Positions 62,094 through 64,000 of a DNA stretch of 64,000 nucleotides are shown here, one piece after another. The translations under genes were made by a program, and so were the position numbers. Source of the stretch: Alphaproteobacteria bacterium (lineage in GTDB: Bacteria; Pseudomonadota; Alphaproteobacteria; JBFXJJ01); the NCBI GenBank assembly GCA_050175015.1, contig JBFXJJ010000006.1, forward strand, positions 85,716 to 149,715. The letters are read 5' to 3'. The notes below the pieces were generated by a model. It was given only the letters and a program-made list of their open reading frames with translations, had not been told where the DNA came from and did not search any database. Each line of letters opens with the position of its first letter. The first letter of the stretch is position 1.

Positions 62094-62819
62094 CTATTTT
62101 TTGTCAGCAACAATCGTAACCAAGCCATTTTTAGTTTCAGTGAACACAGAAAAACCTATCTTCTCTAGTTCGGTTTTTATACATTCGGCAGACAGTCTTA
62201 GTTTATGATAAAAACTTTTTTTAAATACCCAATTATTATCAAGTTTTTTATAGAGCAAATCATGCACTTTTACTGTTTCTTCTTCATATTCTAAAAAGCA
62301 CAACAACTTGGTATTATCATCACTTTTAATAGGTATAAAACGATCTAAATCCCTTAGTTCAAATGTCAAATCACGAAAAGTTAAAAGCATTTTGCCTTTT
62401 GTATCTAAGCTATCATATGCTTTATGAAAAACCTCAAACAGCTTTTCTTTGCTTTTAAGATGAAGAATGGTATCTGTCATACAAACTATAAGTTCAAACT
62501 TACCATCAATATATTTTTCGAAATTGAGCAAATCGTCTTTTATGGTTCTTATTTTTCTTAAGCCTTTAAATTGATTTAATTCATCAAGAAGATTTTCATT
62601 AAAATCGATTGCTGTTACTTCAAACCCTGCATCAGCCAAAGGAATAGACTGGAAACCGCAGCCACAACCAAGATCCAACGCTTTTTTAGAGCCTTTAGGA
62701 ACAATATTATTTTGCCTAAAAAATTCCTCATTCCTAGTTAACGCATTTTCAAAACCTCCCATCATCCAAGAGTAAACTCCCGCTAACAATTCTTGATAAT
62801 GGTTACAAACATCTGCCAT
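62094..62819 (-). CDS. Class I SAM-dependent methyltransferase
   Basis: ALDLGCGCGFQS, V.AID, CM.DT..HL. Confidence 0.88.
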   Translation of the reverse strand: MADVCNHYQELLAGVYSWMMGGFENALTRNEEFFRQNNIVPKGSKKALDLGCGCGFQSIPLADAGFEVTAIDFNENLLDELNQFKGLRKIRTIKDDLLNFEKYIDGKFELIVCMTDTILHLKSKEKLFEVFHKAYDSLDTKGKMLLTFRDLTFELRDLDRFIPIKSDDNTKLLCFLEYEEETVKVHDLLYKKLDNNWVFKKSFYHKLRLSAECIKTELEKIGFSVFTETKNGLVTIVADKK

Positions 62820-62913
62820 TTTTTTTATCCTCTGCTATCAATTCAATTTGTTTTTAATTTTCTACGGGTATATGTTTTTTTATGTTCAATTTTTTTAATA
62901 CAGGATTAAGGGA

Positions 62914-63669
62914 ATGTATAGCACTGATATTGATTTAGCCGCCGAAACAATTCTTAATGCCAAATATCTTGTTGTTTTTACTGGAGCTGGCATTTCAGTT
63001 GAAAGCGGAATACCTCCATTCAGAGGCGCTGATGGTTTATGGTCAAAAGTTAATCCTGATTTTATCGATCTTGATATTTTCACTCAAAATCCTAAATATT
63101 CGTGGCCTAAAATCAAAGAGATTTTTTATGATTTTATGGGTGATGCCAAACCTAATCAGGCTCACCAAATTCTTGCCAAACTTGAACAAAAAGGCATTGT
63201 TAAATCTATTGTTACTCAAAACATTGATAATCTCCATCAAGATGCTGGAAGCAAGAAAGTTTTAGAATTTCACGGCACGACCAAAACTATTTCCTGTATA
63301 AAATGTGATTATTCGGTTGCTGCCGACAAAGCAGAATTAGATAATCTCCCTCCATATTGTCCTGAATGCGGCGGACTTCTTAAGCCTGATTTTATCTTCT
63401 TTAGTGAATCAATTAACCCCAAAATTATGACTGAATCTTTTGAAGAAGCCGTAAAAGCTGATGTTATGCTCGTGATTGGAACATCGGGCGATGTTATGCC
63501 TGCGTGTCAAATGCCTATAAGATGTAAATTTCCAAACGAAGGAATTGGGGGAACTATTATTGAAATCAACCCAAGTGAATCCGTTTTTACCCCATCTTAT
63601 ACTGATATTTTCCTTCAAGGAAAAGCCGGCGACATTATGTCTTTACTAGGTGAAAAACTAAAAATTTAA
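62914..63669 (+). CDS. cobB: NAD-dependent protein deacylase (sirtuin)
   Basis: TGAGISVESGIP.FRG, TQNIDNLHQ.AG, EFHG, CxxC...CxxC, IGTSG.V.PA. Confidence 0.93.
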   Translation: MYSTDIDLAAETILNAKYLVVFTGAGISVESGIPPFRGADGLWSKVNPDFIDLDIFTQNPKYSWPKIKEIFYDFMGDAKPNQAHQILAKLEQKGIVKSIVTQNIDNLHQDAGSKKVLEFHGTTKTISCIKCDYSVAADKAELDNLPPYCPECGGLLKPDFIFFSESINPKIMTESFEEAVKADVMLVIGTSGDVMPACQMPIRCKFPNEGIGGTIIEINPSESVFTPSYTDIFLQGKAGDIMSLLGEKLKI

Positions 63670-63818
63670 CTCCCAGAAAAAACTTGAAATCTTGCTGCAA
63701 ATGGCACGAAACAAGCCTTATCTTTAATTTTATAGCTTTAATTACATAAAGCTTGTATAAATATTATTAAAAACATATTCTTAATATAGATATTTTTTAA
63801 CATCGATTTTTAGCAATT

Positions 63819-64000
63819 ATGAATAACAAAATTAAAACTTATCTTGTTTTAGGCAGTGCTGGTATGTTAGGGCAGGCACTATGCTGTGAATTGAAAGCCA
63901 AAAGACAAAAAGTTATTACGATTGATAAAAAAGAAGCCGACTTTAAAATTGATGTTACTGATGCAGCCAACCTTCTCAAAACTTTAGAAGAAATTAATCC
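63819..64000 (+). CDS. RmlD-like dTDP-4-dehydrorhamnose reductase family (5' part; runs off the window end)
   Basis: Manual translation: MNNKIKTYLVLGSAGMLGQAL...IDVTD...EEIN. Confidence 0.65.
   Translation, partial: MNNKIKTYLVLGSAGMLGQALCCELKAKRQKVITIDKKEADFKIDVTDAANLLKTLEEIN

Overview
AT-rich chromosomal segment of an alphaproteobacterium, inferred from the conserved nuo-birA-rnj-proS-lolC-lolD-dnaE and ribF-lspA-DUF3035-M16-M16-mutL gene orders, the short ProRS and the alpha-type SerC. It is mostly housekeeping and metabolic genes: serC-serA, ribE-ribBA-ribH, rplM-rpsI, coaX, a U32 hydroxylase, a CDP-sugar cluster and cobB. I found no rRNA, tRNA, CRISPR array or transposase. Three things stand out. 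(1) A 10-gene complex I operon (nuoA,B,C,D,H,J,K,L,M,N) from which nuoE/F/G and nuoI are cleanly missing. Its open subunits have lost the quinone-binding residues and most proton-pumping charges, while NuoB keeps all four N2 Fe-S cysteines, suggesting a vestigial or repurposed complex. (2) Two divergent Ddl-like ATP-grasp ligases plus a GNAT, flanking a short ORF with three acidic E-P-P repeats and an internal terminator-like hairpin; this could be a leader/attenuator or a peptide substrate. (3) A relaxase-less TraA/RecD2-like helicase coupled to a small acidic protein. All family assignments come from motif recognition and remembered consensus sequences; no searches were run.
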